A DNA stretch of 64,000 bases from an uncultured Clostridia bacterium (GTDB lineage: Bacteria; Bacillota; Clostridia; Christensenellales; UBA1242), in NCBI GenBank assembly GCA_947625515.1, contig CANQOO010000003.1:35240-99239 (forward strand), given 5' to 3'. The notes beneath the pieces are model-generated. The model ran no database searches. It had not been told where the DNA came from and saw nothing but the letters and a program-made list of their open reading frames with translations. Shown here piece after piece: positions 9,597 to 19,738 of the stretch. The number at the start of each line of letters is the position of its first letter. Within the stretch, counting starts at the first letter, position 1. Both the position numbers and the translations under genes were made by a program.

Positions 9597-10790
9597 ATGG
9601 TAAATAAAGATTTTTTTAAGGCTCTTGAAGACTTGCAGGCAGAAAAAAACATCGATGCAGACACTTTCATCCAAACGCTGGAAACTGCACTGACTTCTGC
9701 CTACAAAAAAATGTATGGCGAGGCAAAATCCGCCATGGTGAAGCTGTATCCAGAACGCAGCACAATCAGGATTTATTCCTACAAAACTGTGGTCGAAGCG
9801 GACGAGCCTGAGGACCCAGACAAGGAAATTTCCCTTAAAGCAGCACGCGAACTGAAAAAGTCCTATAAAGTTGGCGACATTGTTGCCGTTGAGGAGACCA
9901 CAAAAGACTTTGGGCGTATTGCGGCACAGACTGCCAAGCAGGTTGTGATGCAAAAACTGCGTGAAATGGAACGCCAGACCGCTCTCAGTGAACTTTCCGA
10001 GAAAGAGGACGAACTTTTGACGACCGTTGTCAAACGTATTGACGGCGACACAGTTTATGTTCAAATTCCTGGCACAAATACGGAAGGTGCAATGCTGAAA
10101 AACGACCAAATTCCGGGCGACAAGTTCAGCGTTGGCGACCGCGTGAAAGTGTATGTGAAAAAGATTAAAGACAGCTTCAAAGGCCCACAAATTCAGGTTT
10201 CCAGAAGCAACATTGGCTTTGTGAGAAAACTTTTTGAATTGGAAATTCCAGAAGTTGCAAGCGGCGAAGTGAAAATCAAAAACATCGCACGCGACCCAGG
10301 AAATCGTGCCAAAGTGGCAGTGTTCACCGATAAGCCAAACGTGGACGCCATCGGTGCGTGCGTGGGAAATCGCGGGTCCAGAATCAACACCATCATCAAC
10401 GAGCTCAATGGAGAGAAAATTGACTTGGTGGAATACAGCGACGACCCACTTGAATACATCGCAAGGGCACTCAATCCGGCAAAGGTTCTGTCGGTTGAAA
10501 CCAATGAGAGCATGAACATGTCACAAGTGATTGTGCCTGACGACAAACTTTCGCTTGCTATTGGCAAAAGCGGACAGAATGTTCGTCTTGCTGCAAAATT
10601 GACCGGCTGGAAAATTGACGTCAAGCCAGAAAGCTTCATCAAACCGGCTGAGGTTGAGCATCAGGAAACTGATTATGAACTGACCGAACTTGACGACAGT
10701 GACGCGTCGCTGGATTTGTCCGATTTGGAAGAGATTGACGGCTCGGATGAAACCAACGGACTTGACGCTCTGCACGATTTGGACGAATGA
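9597..10790 (+). CDS. nusA: Transcription factor NusA
   Basis: FGRIAAQTAKQV, ARDPGNRAKVAV, LSLAIGKSGQNVRLAAKLTGWKIDV. Confidence 0.98.
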   Translation: MVNKDFFKALEDLQAEKNIDADTFIQTLETALTSAYKKMYGEAKSAMVKLYPERSTIRIYSYKTVVEADEPEDPDKEISLKAARELKKSYKVGDIVAVEETTKDFGRIAAQTAKQVVMQKLREMERQTALSELSEKEDELLTTVVKRIDGDTVYVQIPGTNTEGAMLKNDQIPGDKFSVGDRVKVYVKKIKDSFKGPQIQVSRSNIGFVRKLFELEIPEVASGEVKIKNIARDPGNRAKVAVFTDKPNVDAIGACVGNRGSRINTIINELNGEKIDLVEYSDDPLEYIARALNPAKVLSVETNESMNMSQVIVPDDKLSLAIGKSGQNVRLAAKLTGWKIDVKPESFIKPAEVEHQETDYELTELDDSDASLDLSDLEEIDGSDETNGLDALHDLDE

Positions 10791-10828
10791 TTTTTGTGCG
10801 GCTAAACTCAAAAAAGTGAGGGCAAAAA

Positions 10829-11086
10829 ATGCAAAATAAGCCAAAAATTCGCATGTGCATCGTCTGCCGCGGGCAGAACGACAAAAAAGAATTGATGCGA
10901 ATCGTCAAAAATAAAGACGGAGAAATTTTTGTGGACAAAACTGGCAAAGCCAACGGGCGGGGTGCATATATTTGCAAAGACAAAGAGTGCTTCGCCAAAC
11001 TTTGCAAGGGCAAACATTTGAACAGGGCGTTCAAGTGCAACGTTCCGCAAGAAGTCTATGACAAAATTGGAGAGGAAATTGAGTGA
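10829..11086 (+). CDS. ylxR: YlxR family RNA-binding protein
   Basis: RMCIVCR..KKELMRIV and GKANGRGAYIC; follows nusA. Confidence 0.92.
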   Translation: MQNKPKIRMCIVCRGQNDKKELMRIVKNKDGEIFVDKTGKANGRGAYICKDKECFAKLCKGKHLNRAFKCNVPQEVYDKIGEEIE

Positions 11087-11378
11087 TTTAAAAGGATTGC
11101 TTTCACTTGCAAGAAAGGCAGGCTATGTTGTGATTGGCGTTGACAATTTGAGTGGCTATGACAAGAAACTTTTCTTGCTGCTGCATGATAAATCAGCTGG
11201 CAAAAGCCTTGTGCGAGAGATGAATTTTCTTTCGAAAAAAAAGAGCGTGCCACTTGCGGATGTTGACGGGCTGGAAGAATTGATGCACATTCCAAATTGC
11301 AAGGCAGTGGGCATAAGGAACAAAAAATTCAGCGAAATGATTTTGACCGAGATTGAAAAATTGAAAGAAAGTGAATGA
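11079..11378 (+). CDS. ylxQ: L7Ae/YlxQ-like protein
   Basis: GLLSLARKAGYVVIG; lies between ylxR and infB; TTG start after GGAGAGG. Confidence 0.75.
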   Translation: MSDLKGLLSLARKAGYVVIGVDNLSGYDKKLFLLLHDKSAGKSLVREMNFLSKKKSVPLADVDGLEELMHIPNCKAVGIRNKKFSEMILTEIEKLKESE

Positions 11379-11587
11379 GGAAAGTTGAACTAAGGGAACT
11401 GAATTATGGCTTGAAAACATTCCTTCATTCAAAATTGACAATCGCAACATTTAAAGAAAAACAAAACTTTAAAATGAACCAATTAAAAAACAAATCGTTT
11501 CAAAAAAACATCAAAATATTAAAATAATTTACAGAACATATTAAAAACAACAAAATTGTGGGAATTGACCAAGAAAAGGAGAAAGGT

Positions 11588-14188
11588 TTGGCACAAGAAC
11601 AAAATTCAATTCAAATTCTGAAAAATTTGCAAAAAGAGGGTGGCGAGTTGCAAATGCTTTTGTCGGCTCTTAAACAGGCATGCACGGATGTGGATGGTCT
11701 GTCTAAATTGCTGGCGGAAAACAAAGCAAAACTGGCTGCCAAGAAAGCGGACGAAGAGCAAAAAGCGAAAAAACTTCAACAAGCAGAGTTGGAGGCTCAG
11801 AAGCAGGAACCTTTGCAGGCTGAGGCACAAGAGACTCCTGCACAGAAGCAAACTCCGGCGGCTAACGAAAGACCGCAAAAACCTCAAAAACCTCAAATTT
11901 TTTCGCAGGGTGCGAACGGACAAAACAATTTCCGCAAGTTTGATGGGCAAACGGACAGATATAATCGGGAAGGCAGACCATCCAGAAATTTCCAAAATGC
12001 TGCCCGCGATGGCGGAAGATTTGGCGGGCAGGGCGGCTTCCAGAATCGAAACAATGGACAAAATGGTCAAAATCGACCATTCGGGGCACGCGGTCCACAA
12101 AATGGTTCACGTCCGTTTGGGCAAAATGGTCAGGCGGGGCAAAATCGCGGGTCGTTCATTTCCAATCGCTCCAACAATTTCAGGTCGTTTGGTCAGCCGA
12201 CGGAGGATAGTTCTGTTTTGGCCGTTCCGGAACGCAGTTTTGGAAACAAAAACAAGCAGCGTCGCAATTTGGATGAAAACAAGAAAACCACTGCAAAGGC
12301 GAAGTCAAGTTTTGGCGGAAAACAGAACAACATTCTTGTCATGGATGAGGACGGCTTTGAAGAAACCACAATGGGCTCTCGCAAGCTGATTAAAAAGAAG
12401 CGTGAAATGACTGTGGCAGTTGCTCCGCAGGTGACGCACGCAGTTTTGACATCTCGCGAAGTGACTGTGAAGGAACTTTCCGAGAAAATCGGCAAACCTG
12501 TTGCTGAAATTGTGAAAAAACTTATGATGCTTGGCATCATGGCAACCATCAACAGTGCCATTGATTTTGACACTGCTGACCTTGTTTCCGGCGAATTTGG
12601 CGTGACGCTGGAACTTAAACTTGACAAAACATTTGAAGAAAAACTGATGGATTTCTCCAGTGAGGCGGATGACGAGAAAGATTTGCAGAAGAGACCGCCA
12701 GTTGTGACTGTGATGGGTCACGTTGACCACGGCAAGACCTCACTTTTGGATGCTTTCCGAAAGACAAATGTCGTTTCGGGCGAGGCGGGAGGTATCACTC
12801 AGAAAATTGGTGCTTATCAAATTGCCTTCAACGGCGAAAAAATCACTTTCATCGATACCCCTGGTCATGCGGCGTTCACAGCAATGCGTGCACGCGGGGC
12901 AGAGGTGACAGACATTGCCATTTTGGTGGTGGCAGCGGATGACGGCATCATGCCGCAAACCGTTGAGGCGATTGACCACATCAAAGCTGCCAAAGTGCCA
13001 ATGATTGTGGCAATCAACAAAATGGATAAGCCGGAGGCAAACCCGGACCGCGTCAAACAACAACTGACTGAACACGGCATTTTGCCGGAAGAATGGGGCG
13101 GCGATGCAATATGCGTTCCAATTTCCGCAAAGACTGGAATGGGGCTGGACGAACTGAAAAAAATGATTCTGCTCGTCGCTGAAATGGCAGAATTGAAGGC
13201 TAATCCAAACAAAATGGCAACTGGCACGGTGATTGAGGCAGAACTTGACAAGTCCCGCGGACCTGTGGCAACTGTGCTTGTGCAAAACGGCACGCTTAAA
13301 GTGGGCGACAGCATCATGTCGGGCATCACGTTCGGCAAAGTGAAAGCCATGTTTGACGAGAACGGCAAGCCGGTCAAGAAGGCTCCGCCATCCACTCCGG
13401 TGGCTGTTATGGGCTTTAACGAAGTTCCAAATGCGGGCGACGCAGTGTATGCTGTTGAGGAAAGTTTGTCCAAGCAGGTTATCAACGAACGCATCAACAA
13501 GATTAAGGAAGAGCGGGCTCGCCACACGTCCGGCGTGAGTGCAGACGACTTCATGAGCAGAATTCATGAGGGCAACTTGAAGAGCCTTAACATCATCATC
13601 AAGGCGGACACACAGGGCTCGGTGGAGGCGTTGAAGGCCTCGCTTGAAGCAGTCAGAAATGACGAGGTAAAAGTTGTTTGCTTGCACAGCGGAGCGGGAG
13701 CAATCACAGAAAGCGACGTGCTGCTTGCTCAGACCACAGGTGCAACACTTATCGCATTCAATCTTCGCACGCCAAACAAAATTTCGTCCATGATGGACAG
13801 CCTGAAAGTGCAGTGGATTGAAAGCAAAATCATCTATGAGGTTGTTGACCAAATCACAAGACTTTCCAAGGGCATGATGGCAATCAAATATGAAGAAAAA
13901 TACATCGGCAGTGCGGAAATTCGCGTGCTGTTCAAGCTTTCCACCGCCGGAAAAGTTGCCGGAAGTTATGTTCTTGACGGCAAAATTCAACGCAACGCCA
14001 TTGCAAAAGTTAAGCGTGGCAAGGATGTTATTGGTGAAACAACTGTTGAGAGTTTGAAGATTGTTAAGGACGAAAAGAGTGAAGTCGCCAAGGGCTTCGA
14101 ATGCGGCATCAAGTTGAAAGATAACATTGATTTTGCCGAGGGCGACATCATTGAATGTTATGTCAAACAAGAAATTAAAAACGACTAA
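11588..14188 (+). CDS. infB: Translation initiation factor IF-2
   Basis: RPPVVTVMGHVDHGKTSLLD, DTPGHAAF, NKMD; TTG start chosen after AAGGAG; atypical coiled-coil and G/Q/N/R-rich N-terminus. Confidence 0.97.
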   Translation: MAQEQNSIQILKNLQKEGGELQMLLSALKQACTDVDGLSKLLAENKAKLAAKKADEEQKAKKLQQAELEAQKQEPLQAEAQETPAQKQTPAANERPQKPQKPQIFSQGANGQNNFRKFDGQTDRYNREGRPSRNFQNAARDGGRFGGQGGFQNRNNGQNGQNRPFGARGPQNGSRPFGQNGQAGQNRGSFISNRSNNFRSFGQPTEDSSVLAVPERSFGNKNKQRRNLDENKKTTAKAKSSFGGKQNNILVMDEDGFEETTMGSRKLIKKKREMTVAVAPQVTHAVLTSREVTVKELSEKIGKPVAEIVKKLMMLGIMATINSAIDFDTADLVSGEFGVTLELKLDKTFEEKLMDFSSEADDEKDLQKRPPVVTVMGHVDHGKTSLLDAFRKTNVVSGEAGGITQKIGAYQIAFNGEKITFIDTPGHAAFTAMRARGAEVTDIAILVVAADDGIMPQTVEAIDHIKAAKVPMIVAINKMDKPEANPDRVKQQLTEHGILPEEWGGDAICVPISAKTGMGLDELKKMILLVAEMAELKANPNKMATGTVIEAELDKSRGPVATVLVQNGTLKVGDSIMSGITFGKVKAMFDENGKPVKKAPPSTPVAVMGFNEVPNAGDAVYAVEESLSKQVINERINKIKEERARHTSGVSADDFMSRIHEGNLKSLNIIIKADTQGSVEALKASLEAVRNDEVKVVCLHSGAGAITESDVLLAQTTGATLIAFNLRTPNKISSMMDSLKVQWIESKIIYEVVDQITRLSKGMMAIKYEEKYIGSAEIRVLFKLSTAGKVAGSYVLDGKIQRNAIAKVKRGKDVIGETTVESLKIVKDEKSEVAKGFECGIKLKDNIDFAEGDIIECYVKQEIKND

Positions 14189-14277
14189 GCAAGTTGGATG
14201 TATTTGAAACAAACAAATTATGTGTTAAATTTCCATTGAAATTTGGGCAAAAACCTGGACAAGATGAATCGTTGTTA

Positions 14278-14367
14278 AGTCAACATATTGTGGTGGTATG
14301 CAGCATATCGAATTGCATAATACACCATATTTTGTAGGTGTTATGCAAATTTGTGTTATGCAAATTT
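14278..14367. repeat. Dispersed palindromic element copy 1 (paired NrdR-box-like 16-mers)
   Basis: AGTCAACATATTGTGG (14278-14293) and ACACCATATTTTGTAG (14322-14337) with TATGCA/TGCATA arms; 15-bp duplication GTGTTATGCAAATTT at the end. Confidence 0.8.
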
Positions 14368-14503
14368 GAAATTTTCAAAACGCAAAATGTCACACTTTAT
14401 TATTTTGTCAACTACGTCATACAATTTTGCGATTGTTGAGGATGTGCAATTCAAGAAAGTGATTGTGGGTTATATGTAAACCAGAAAGAGGGAGGATTTT
14501 TTT

Positions 14504-14866
14504 ATGGCAAACAGAATGGAAAGAGCCAACAGTGAAATTCAAAAGGCTCTGACGCAGATTGTTCAGACAAAAATGAACGACCCGCGACTTAATCAAATTG
14601 TCAGTTTCACAGAGGTTGACACCACGCCTGATTTTAAATATTGCAAGGTGAAGGTGAGTGTTTTGAATTTGGGAGAAATTTCAAATGTCACAAAAATCTT
14701 GCAAAAGAGCGAAGGGTTTATCAAACGCGAGCTTGCCAATATGGTGAAGATGCCGCAGGTGCCGAAAATCAACTTCGTTGTTGACAAAAGCACGCTCAGT
14801 GCAATCAGGGTGGAGGAAATTTTGCGGAACCTGAACATCCCAAAGGAGGACGGCGATGACCAGTGA
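14504..14866 (+). CDS. rbfA: Ribosome-binding factor A
   Basis: RMERANSEI, DPRL, TPDFKYCKV, VPKINFVVD. Confidence 0.93.
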   Translation: MANRMERANSEIQKALTQIVQTKMNDPRLNQIVSFTEVDTTPDFKYCKVKVSVLNLGEISNVTKILQKSEGFIKRELANMVKMPQVPKINFVVDKSTLSAIRVEEILRNLNIPKEDGDDQ

Positions 14867-16022
14867 AAAGTCCCTCAATTCAGTGAGACCGTCCAAAACA
14901 AGCAAAGCGAGAGTTTCGAGCGGCAAAACGGCAACTTCCAAACCTAAAAGAGAGAAAAAAGTAAAAAGTGCGGCTGCTTCCAAAAAAGTAGCAGCAAAAC
15001 TTGCTCTGGCAGGCAAGGCTCAAACTAGCAAGATGCAGAAAGACAGCAAGGCTCAAACAAAAAGCGAAAGGCTTTTTGACATTATCAAAAACGCCAAAAA
15101 AATTGCAATTTTCACCCATATCAATCCCGACCCAGACGCCTATGGCTCGGCGTTTGCGTTGCGTGATGCGTGCCGAAACATGGGAAAATTGGCAGATGTT
15201 TTTGCGGTGAAATGTGCTGACAGTTATTTGGACAAAATTTTTCCGCTGACGGAACTGAGAACAGATTTTCGTGCGGACGAATTTGATTTGGTGGCGATGG
15301 TTGACATCGGCGAGTTTTCGCGAGTGCATCAATCTTTCCAGGACGAAATTTCAAGGGCAAAAAAAATCATCATTTTTGACCATCATGTCCAGACGGAGCC
15401 TGTCGGAGAATTTCAACTTGTGGACGCAGGTCAGGCGGCATGTGCACAAGTTTTGACACATTTTTTTCTGGATAACAAAATTGAAATCACGCCAAAAATT
15501 GCCACCTATCTATGGACGGGGCTGATTGGCGACACGGGTAGATTTTTGTATGGAAATCTTTCGCATGATGTGCTGGATGTTGCACTGAAATTGTTTGACC
15601 ACGGGGCAGACACTCAGTTTGTGTATGACCAAATGTATCGCACAAATTCCTTGAAAGATATTGTCTTGCAGCAAAAATTTTTGGACAATACATATTTCAA
15701 CCAAGATAAGACTGCTGGGGTCACAATTTTCACCGCCAAGGATATGAAAAAATGGGGTGTTGACCACGATTTGATTAAGAAATATACCAACCTCATCATC
15801 AACATTGACGGCATCAAGGCCTCTTTCGTCGCCATTGAGCAAAGTCCAAACTTTTTCTCTATCAGCATCCGCACCTCTGGCAGAAATGCTCAAAAATTTG
15901 CCGTCATGCACGGCGGCGGTGGGCATGTTTGTGCATCAGGATTTAATTTTGAAGGCTCGAAAAGAAAACTTCGCAGGGTGGCACAAACTTGGTGCGATGA
16001 GCTTTTGCAAATTTACGTTTGA
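14856..16022 (+). CDS. DHH/DHHA1 phosphoesterase (NrnA-like) with Lys/Ser/Ala-rich N-terminal extension
   Basis: HINPDPDAYGS, FDHH, GLIGDTGRF, GGGGHVCASG. Confidence 0.9.
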   Translation: MTSEKSLNSVRPSKTSKARVSSGKTATSKPKREKKVKSAAASKKVAAKLALAGKAQTSKMQKDSKAQTKSERLFDIIKNAKKIAIFTHINPDPDAYGSAFALRDACRNMGKLADVFAVKCADSYLDKIFPLTELRTDFRADEFDLVAMVDIGEFSRVHQSFQDEISRAKKIIIFDHHVQTEPVGEFQLVDAGQAACAQVLTHFFLDNKIEITPKIATYLWTGLIGDTGRFLYGNLSHDVLDVALKLFDHGADTQFVYDQMYRTNSLKDIVLQQKFLDNTYFNQDKTAGVTIFTAKDMKKWGVDHDLIKKYTNLIINIDGIKASFVAIEQSPNFFSISIRTSGRNAQKFAVMHGGGGHVCASGFNFEGSKRKLRRVAQTWCDELLQIYV

Positions 16023-16166
16023 GTTTTGAGCTTTGTTTTTCAAAAATTCCTGAATGTCACTTCCCATGTGACGCTTTTTGAGGATTTTTTTAAACTTTTG
16101 GATGACATTCGCCGATAATTTGTATTGTAATGTGGGCGTAATTCGTGTAAAAACTTTTGGAGAAAA

Positions 16167-17048
16167 ATGGAAAAAACATATACGCAAAGTGGAATTGTTT
16201 TGGTGCATAAGCCGGTGGGCGTTTCGTCAAACACCGCCGTCAACATTGTCAAGCGTGCCGTGGGGGCAAAAAAGGCGGGGCATCTTGGCACTCTTGATTT
16301 GGAGGGCGAAGGGCTTTTGCCGGTGACGCTTAATGGGGCGACAAAGTTGTTTGACATGTTTTTGCACAAAAACAAAACTTACATCAGCGAATTTGTGTTT
16401 GGCTTTGAAACCGACACGCTGGACATGGCTGGAAAAGTGGTGAAAGAAAGTCCGTGCGACATAAGCATTGAAGACGTGACGAAGGCGTGCGGGCAGATGA
16501 TTGGCAAAATGTCGCAAATGCCGCCAATTTATTCCGCAAAAAAAGTGGGCGGGAAGGTGGCATATAAAGAGGCCCTCAAAGGCAATGATGTTCCGCTACG
16601 TCCGAAAGAAATTGAGATTTTTGACTTGAATGTGCTTGAAAAGACTGCCAAAAACACTTTCAAGTTTGAAATTTCTTGTTCCAGCGGCACATACATTCGC
16701 AGTCTTGCCCGCGACTTGGCAGTCAAACTCGGCACGCTTGGCACCATGAAAAACATCCTCCGCACTCGCTGCGGCAGTTTCAGCCTTGATGATGCGTTCA
16801 CGCTGGACGAAATCAGACAGGGCAATTTCAAAATTCTGCCTTGCGAAAGCGTGCTGGAATTTGAGAGGATTGATTTGCCAAAAGTGCTTGGGGAGAAATT
16901 GCTTAATGGCGTCATTCTTGAAGCGGCAGCCGTGGCCGAAGTTGCCACCAAGGCGGACGGGCGATATAAGATTTTTTCTGACCAACAATTTCTTGGCATT
17001 GGCGAAAAGTGTGGCGGGAAATTGAAACTTAGTTTGAGATTGATTTAA
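16167..17048 (+). CDS. truB: tRNA pseudouridine-55 synthase
   Basis: KAGHLGTLD, QMPPIYSAKK, CSSGTYIRSLARD. Confidence 0.95.
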   Translation: MEKTYTQSGIVLVHKPVGVSSNTAVNIVKRAVGAKKAGHLGTLDLEGEGLLPVTLNGATKLFDMFLHKNKTYISEFVFGFETDTLDMAGKVVKESPCDISIEDVTKACGQMIGKMSQMPPIYSAKKVGGKVAYKEALKGNDVPLRPKEIEIFDLNVLEKTAKNTFKFEISCSSGTYIRSLARDLAVKLGTLGTMKNILRTRCGSFSLDDAFTLDEIRQGNFKILPCESVLEFERIDLPKVLGEKLLNGVILEAAAVAEVATKADGRYKIFSDQQFLGIGEKCGGKLKLSLRLI

Positions 17049-17181
17049 TTTTTCTTGAATTTGTCTGAGATTGATTTGATTTCGCTTGATTTTGTTCTTA
17101 AATTCTAACTTGCATAACTGGAAAATTTTGTGATTGTCATTTTTCAGGCAGAAAAGACGAGAAAAGAAAAGTCTTATAATG

Positions 17182-17226
17182 AAAAGTGACATTAAATTAT
17201 TCTTAACGAAAAAGTGACATTAAATT
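17182..17226. repeat. 17-bp direct repeat upstream of the endonuclease IV-like gene
   Basis: AAAAGTGACATTAAATT at 17182-17198 and 17210-17226. Confidence 0.75.
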
Positions 17227-17247
17227 TTGTAGTGAAAAGGAGGACGT

Positions 17248-18132
17248 ATGGGAAAAGTTTTGTTTGGGCCGGCGGGAAACAGCGAAAGTTTTTATGCTCA
17301 GGGGCATAAGTCCACAATGGACGCCCCAGAATGGTTGTCCAAGCAGGGCAGTGGCTTGTTTGACGGCGGGCTGGAATTATTTGAATATTCCTTCGGGCAA
17401 GGATATCGCATGAACATGTCCTCGGCGGAGCAGCTTGGGAAGGCGTTTGCTGAACATGGCATCGAACTTTCCATTCACGCACCATATTTCATCAATTTTG
17501 CAAATCCTGACCCGGAGATGTATGAAAAATCGCTGGGCTACATCCGCACGGGCATCAGATTTATGCATGCGTTTGGCTCCAAGCGGCTCACTTTTCACGC
17601 CGGCTCTTGTGGCAAGGAAACCCGCCAGAACGCAATCGCATTGATGACGGAGCGTTTCAAACAGTTTATGCCGCTTTTTGAACAAGAACTTGATGACGGC
17701 TTGTTCCTCAACCCGGAGACCATGGGCAAGCAGATGCAGATTGGCACCTGGAAGGAAATTGTTGACCTATGCACGATATCCGAAAAACTGATGCCGACCT
17801 TCGATTTTGGACATATCAACGCACTCACTCAGGGTTCCTTGAAGAAGAAGGAAGATTTTCAGCGCATTTTTGACTATGCGTTTGAGAAGTTGGGCGAAGA
17901 ACGCACTCGCAACGCTCATATTCATTTTTCCAAAATCCAGTTTGGTGACAAGGGGGAGATTAGGCATCTTACTTTTGATGACAATGTTTTTGGGCCGGAA
18001 TTTGAGCCGCTTTGCGACTGTCTGATTGACAACAACATGAACTGCCACATCATTTGCGAAAGCAACGGAACGATGGCGGAGGACAGCGTCAAGATGAAGC
18101 AAATATATTTGCAAAAACTCGCTGAAAGATAA
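17248..18132 (+). CDS. Endonuclease IV-like TIM-barrel protein (AP endonuclease family 2)
   Basis: FGPAG, HAPYFINF, ETMGK, DFGH, HIHFS, HIICES metal-ligand motifs. Confidence 0.85.
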   Translation: MGKVLFGPAGNSESFYAQGHKSTMDAPEWLSKQGSGLFDGGLELFEYSFGQGYRMNMSSAEQLGKAFAEHGIELSIHAPYFINFANPDPEMYEKSLGYIRTGIRFMHAFGSKRLTFHAGSCGKETRQNAIALMTERFKQFMPLFEQELDDGLFLNPETMGKQMQIGTWKEIVDLCTISEKLMPTFDFGHINALTQGSLKKKEDFQRIFDYAFEKLGEERTRNAHIHFSKIQFGDKGEIRHLTFDDNVFGPEFEPLCDCLIDNNMNCHIICESNGTMAEDSVKMKQIYLQKLAER

Positions 18133-18457
18133 GATTGTTAGGCTTAAAAAATATGTTTCATGCTCAGTAGGACGTTTTGAAGAATCTGGGAAAGACTTGG
18201 ACTGTTCCGCGAATAAGTTCTGCTCTTTTGGAAAAGAGATTTTAGAATTTCAAGAAGGATATTTTGGCATCATATTGGCATCTAGAATGATATTTCGCGT
18301 GCCGCATCAAAATTTGACAACTTTTTTTCAAAAAACACTTGCTCTTTGGGGTGCAAATGTGATATCATATAGCGATTGAATGTGGCTTGCTCAAATTTGC
18401 CTCTTGTGGCAAGTGTGGCGGCCGACATCGTGAAAAATAATAATTTGGGAGAAAAAT

Positions 18458-19021
18458 ATGGTTACAGCAGGAGATTTCAGAAAAGGAACAACATTTGAAA
18501 TGGAGGGTGCGGTTTACACCGTCACAGAATTTATGCACGTTAAGCCGGGCAAAGGCTCTCCATTTGTGCGTGCAACAATCAAAAACGTCATGACCGGTCA
18601 AGTGAAGGAAACAACTTTCAATCCTGGCGATAAATATCAAGAAGCGGTCATCGAAAAGAAAGAAATGCTTTATCTTTATAACGACGGCGACTTGTATTAT
18701 TTTATGGACAATGAAACTTATGAGCAAATGCCACTCAACCGCGAAGTTGTGGCAGATGCACTCAATTTTGTGACGGAAAACATGCCAACCACAATGTATA
18801 TCTATAAGGGCGTGCCATTTGCAGTTTATCCGCCAACATTTGTTGAACTGGAAGTTGCCGACACAGAGCCGGGCATCCAGGGCGACACCTCAAAAGCGTC
18901 CAAAAAGCCAGCCAAACTTGTGACGGGCTACACAATCAACGTGCCTCTTTTCGTGAACATCGGCGATGTCATTCGCGTGGACACTCGCGACGGCTCTTAC
19001 ATGGAAAAAGTGAACAAATAA
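18458..19021 (+). CDS. efp: Elongation factor P
   Basis: [32 protein letters not shown]. Confidence 0.97.
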   Translation: MVTAGDFRKGTTFEMEGAVYTVTEFMHVKPGKGSPFVRATIKNVMTGQVKETTFNPGDKYQEAVIEKKEMLYLYNDGDLYYFMDNETYEQMPLNREVVADALNFVTENMPTTMYIYKGVPFAVYPPTFVELEVADTEPGIQGDTSKASKKPAKLVTGYTINVPLFVNIGDVIRVDTRDGSYMEKVNK

Positions 19022-19056
19022 TTGCACAGGCGTGAAACAATCAATTATTCATAAAT

Positions 19057-19086
19057 AAAAAGTTGTCTGACCTGACAACTTTTTTT
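19057..19086. terminator. Bidirectional terminator between efp and the XRE gene
   Basis: AAAA-AGTTGTC-TGACCT-GACAACT-TTTTTT. Confidence 0.8.
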
Positions 19087-19100
19087 ATATACCAAACATT

Positions 19101-19316
19101 TTAATCTTCCAAGCCAATCAAAAAATCTGACGAAACATTAAAATATTCCGCAATTTTCTTTAAACTTTCAATGGGAGGGTCAGCCAAATTGTTTTCCCAG
19201 CGGCTGATTGTTGCGTCACTAAATCCAATTTTTTCGCCCATCTTCTTTGTGGAAAGTTTTTCTTCTTGACGAAGTTCTCGCAATCTCTCTGCAAAAATTT
19301 TCATGATGTTTTCCAA
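19101..19316 (-). CDS. XRE-family helix-turn-helix regulator
   Basis: FAERLRELR..TISRWEN..LKKIAEYFNVSSDFLIG; upstream TTGACA-18-TATTAT promoter with extended-10 TG (19433-19404). Confidence 0.9.
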   Translation of the reverse strand: MENIMKIFAERLRELRQEEKLSTKKMGEKIGFSDATISRWENNLADPPIESLKKIAEYFNVSSDFLIGLED

Positions 19317-19330
19317 ATTATTTTTATATT

Positions 19331-19363
19331 TTAATCTTCCAATCCAATCAAAAAATCCGCCGA
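19331..19363 (-). pseudogene. 3'-end remnant of a second XRE gene
   Basis: Encodes SADFLIGLED*, nearly identical to the end of 19101-19316 (SSDFLIGLED*). Confidence 0.6.
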
Positions 19364-19478
19364 ATATTTTTATGTTTCAAAGCAACTTGATATGGTTTAA
19401 AAAATAATATCACTACTTATAGTTAGTTGTCAATAATTTAGCGAAACAATCTTGTATAATAAAAAAGTGGAGGCTACT

Positions 19479-19715
19479 ATGGAAGATAATTTTGATTTAA
19501 GAAAATTTTTGCTCGATACTTTTTTCGCAAGAAAAGATGTTATTACTTTAAGTGAGAAGGGGGAGATTTTCACAAAAGCGATGGTGGATTTTGAAGAATC
19601 ACTTTCCGAAACGCAAAAGCGGGAACTTGACGAGGCGATGACTTTGCAGTTTTTTGTCCACAGAGAAGAAATGGAAAAATTGGTGGACTGGTGCGTAAAG
19701 ATTTTAAGAAAATAA
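19479..19715 (+). CDS. Small hypothetical protein divergent from the XRE gene
   Basis: GGAGG RBS before ATG, TATAAT upstream, 78 aa. Confidence 0.6.
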   Translation: MEDNFDLRKFLLDTFFARKDVITLSEKGEIFTKAMVDFEESLSETQKRELDEAMTLQFFVHREEMEKLVDWCVKILRK

Positions 19716-19736
19716 AGAACAGGAATGCCTGTTCTT
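19715..19736. terminator. Hairpin between convergent genes
   Basis: AAGAACAGG-AATG-CCTGTTCTT. Confidence 0.65.
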
Positions 19737-19738
19737 GA

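Noticed and set aside
11375-11527. 50-codon ORF in frame with infB, separated by one TAA (possible readthrough or lost N-terminus)
   Set aside because: Mostly A-rich filler with no convincing IF-2 similarity; infB has a good RBS and TTG at 11588.
12740-14212. Long antisense ORFs opposite infB, lysS (33211-34722), proS (57247-58356) and others
   Set aside because: Shadow ORFs of well-conserved genes, with no motifs or RBS.
14314-14347. GCATAA...TTATG units as a dif (XerCD) site
   Set aside because: No TTATGTTAAA XerD arm or 11-6-11 layout, and there are many copies.
19408-19426. Single NrdR-like sequence CACTACTTATAGTT in the XRE promoter
   Set aside because: Several mismatches, no partner box, and no TATGCA/TGCATA linker.
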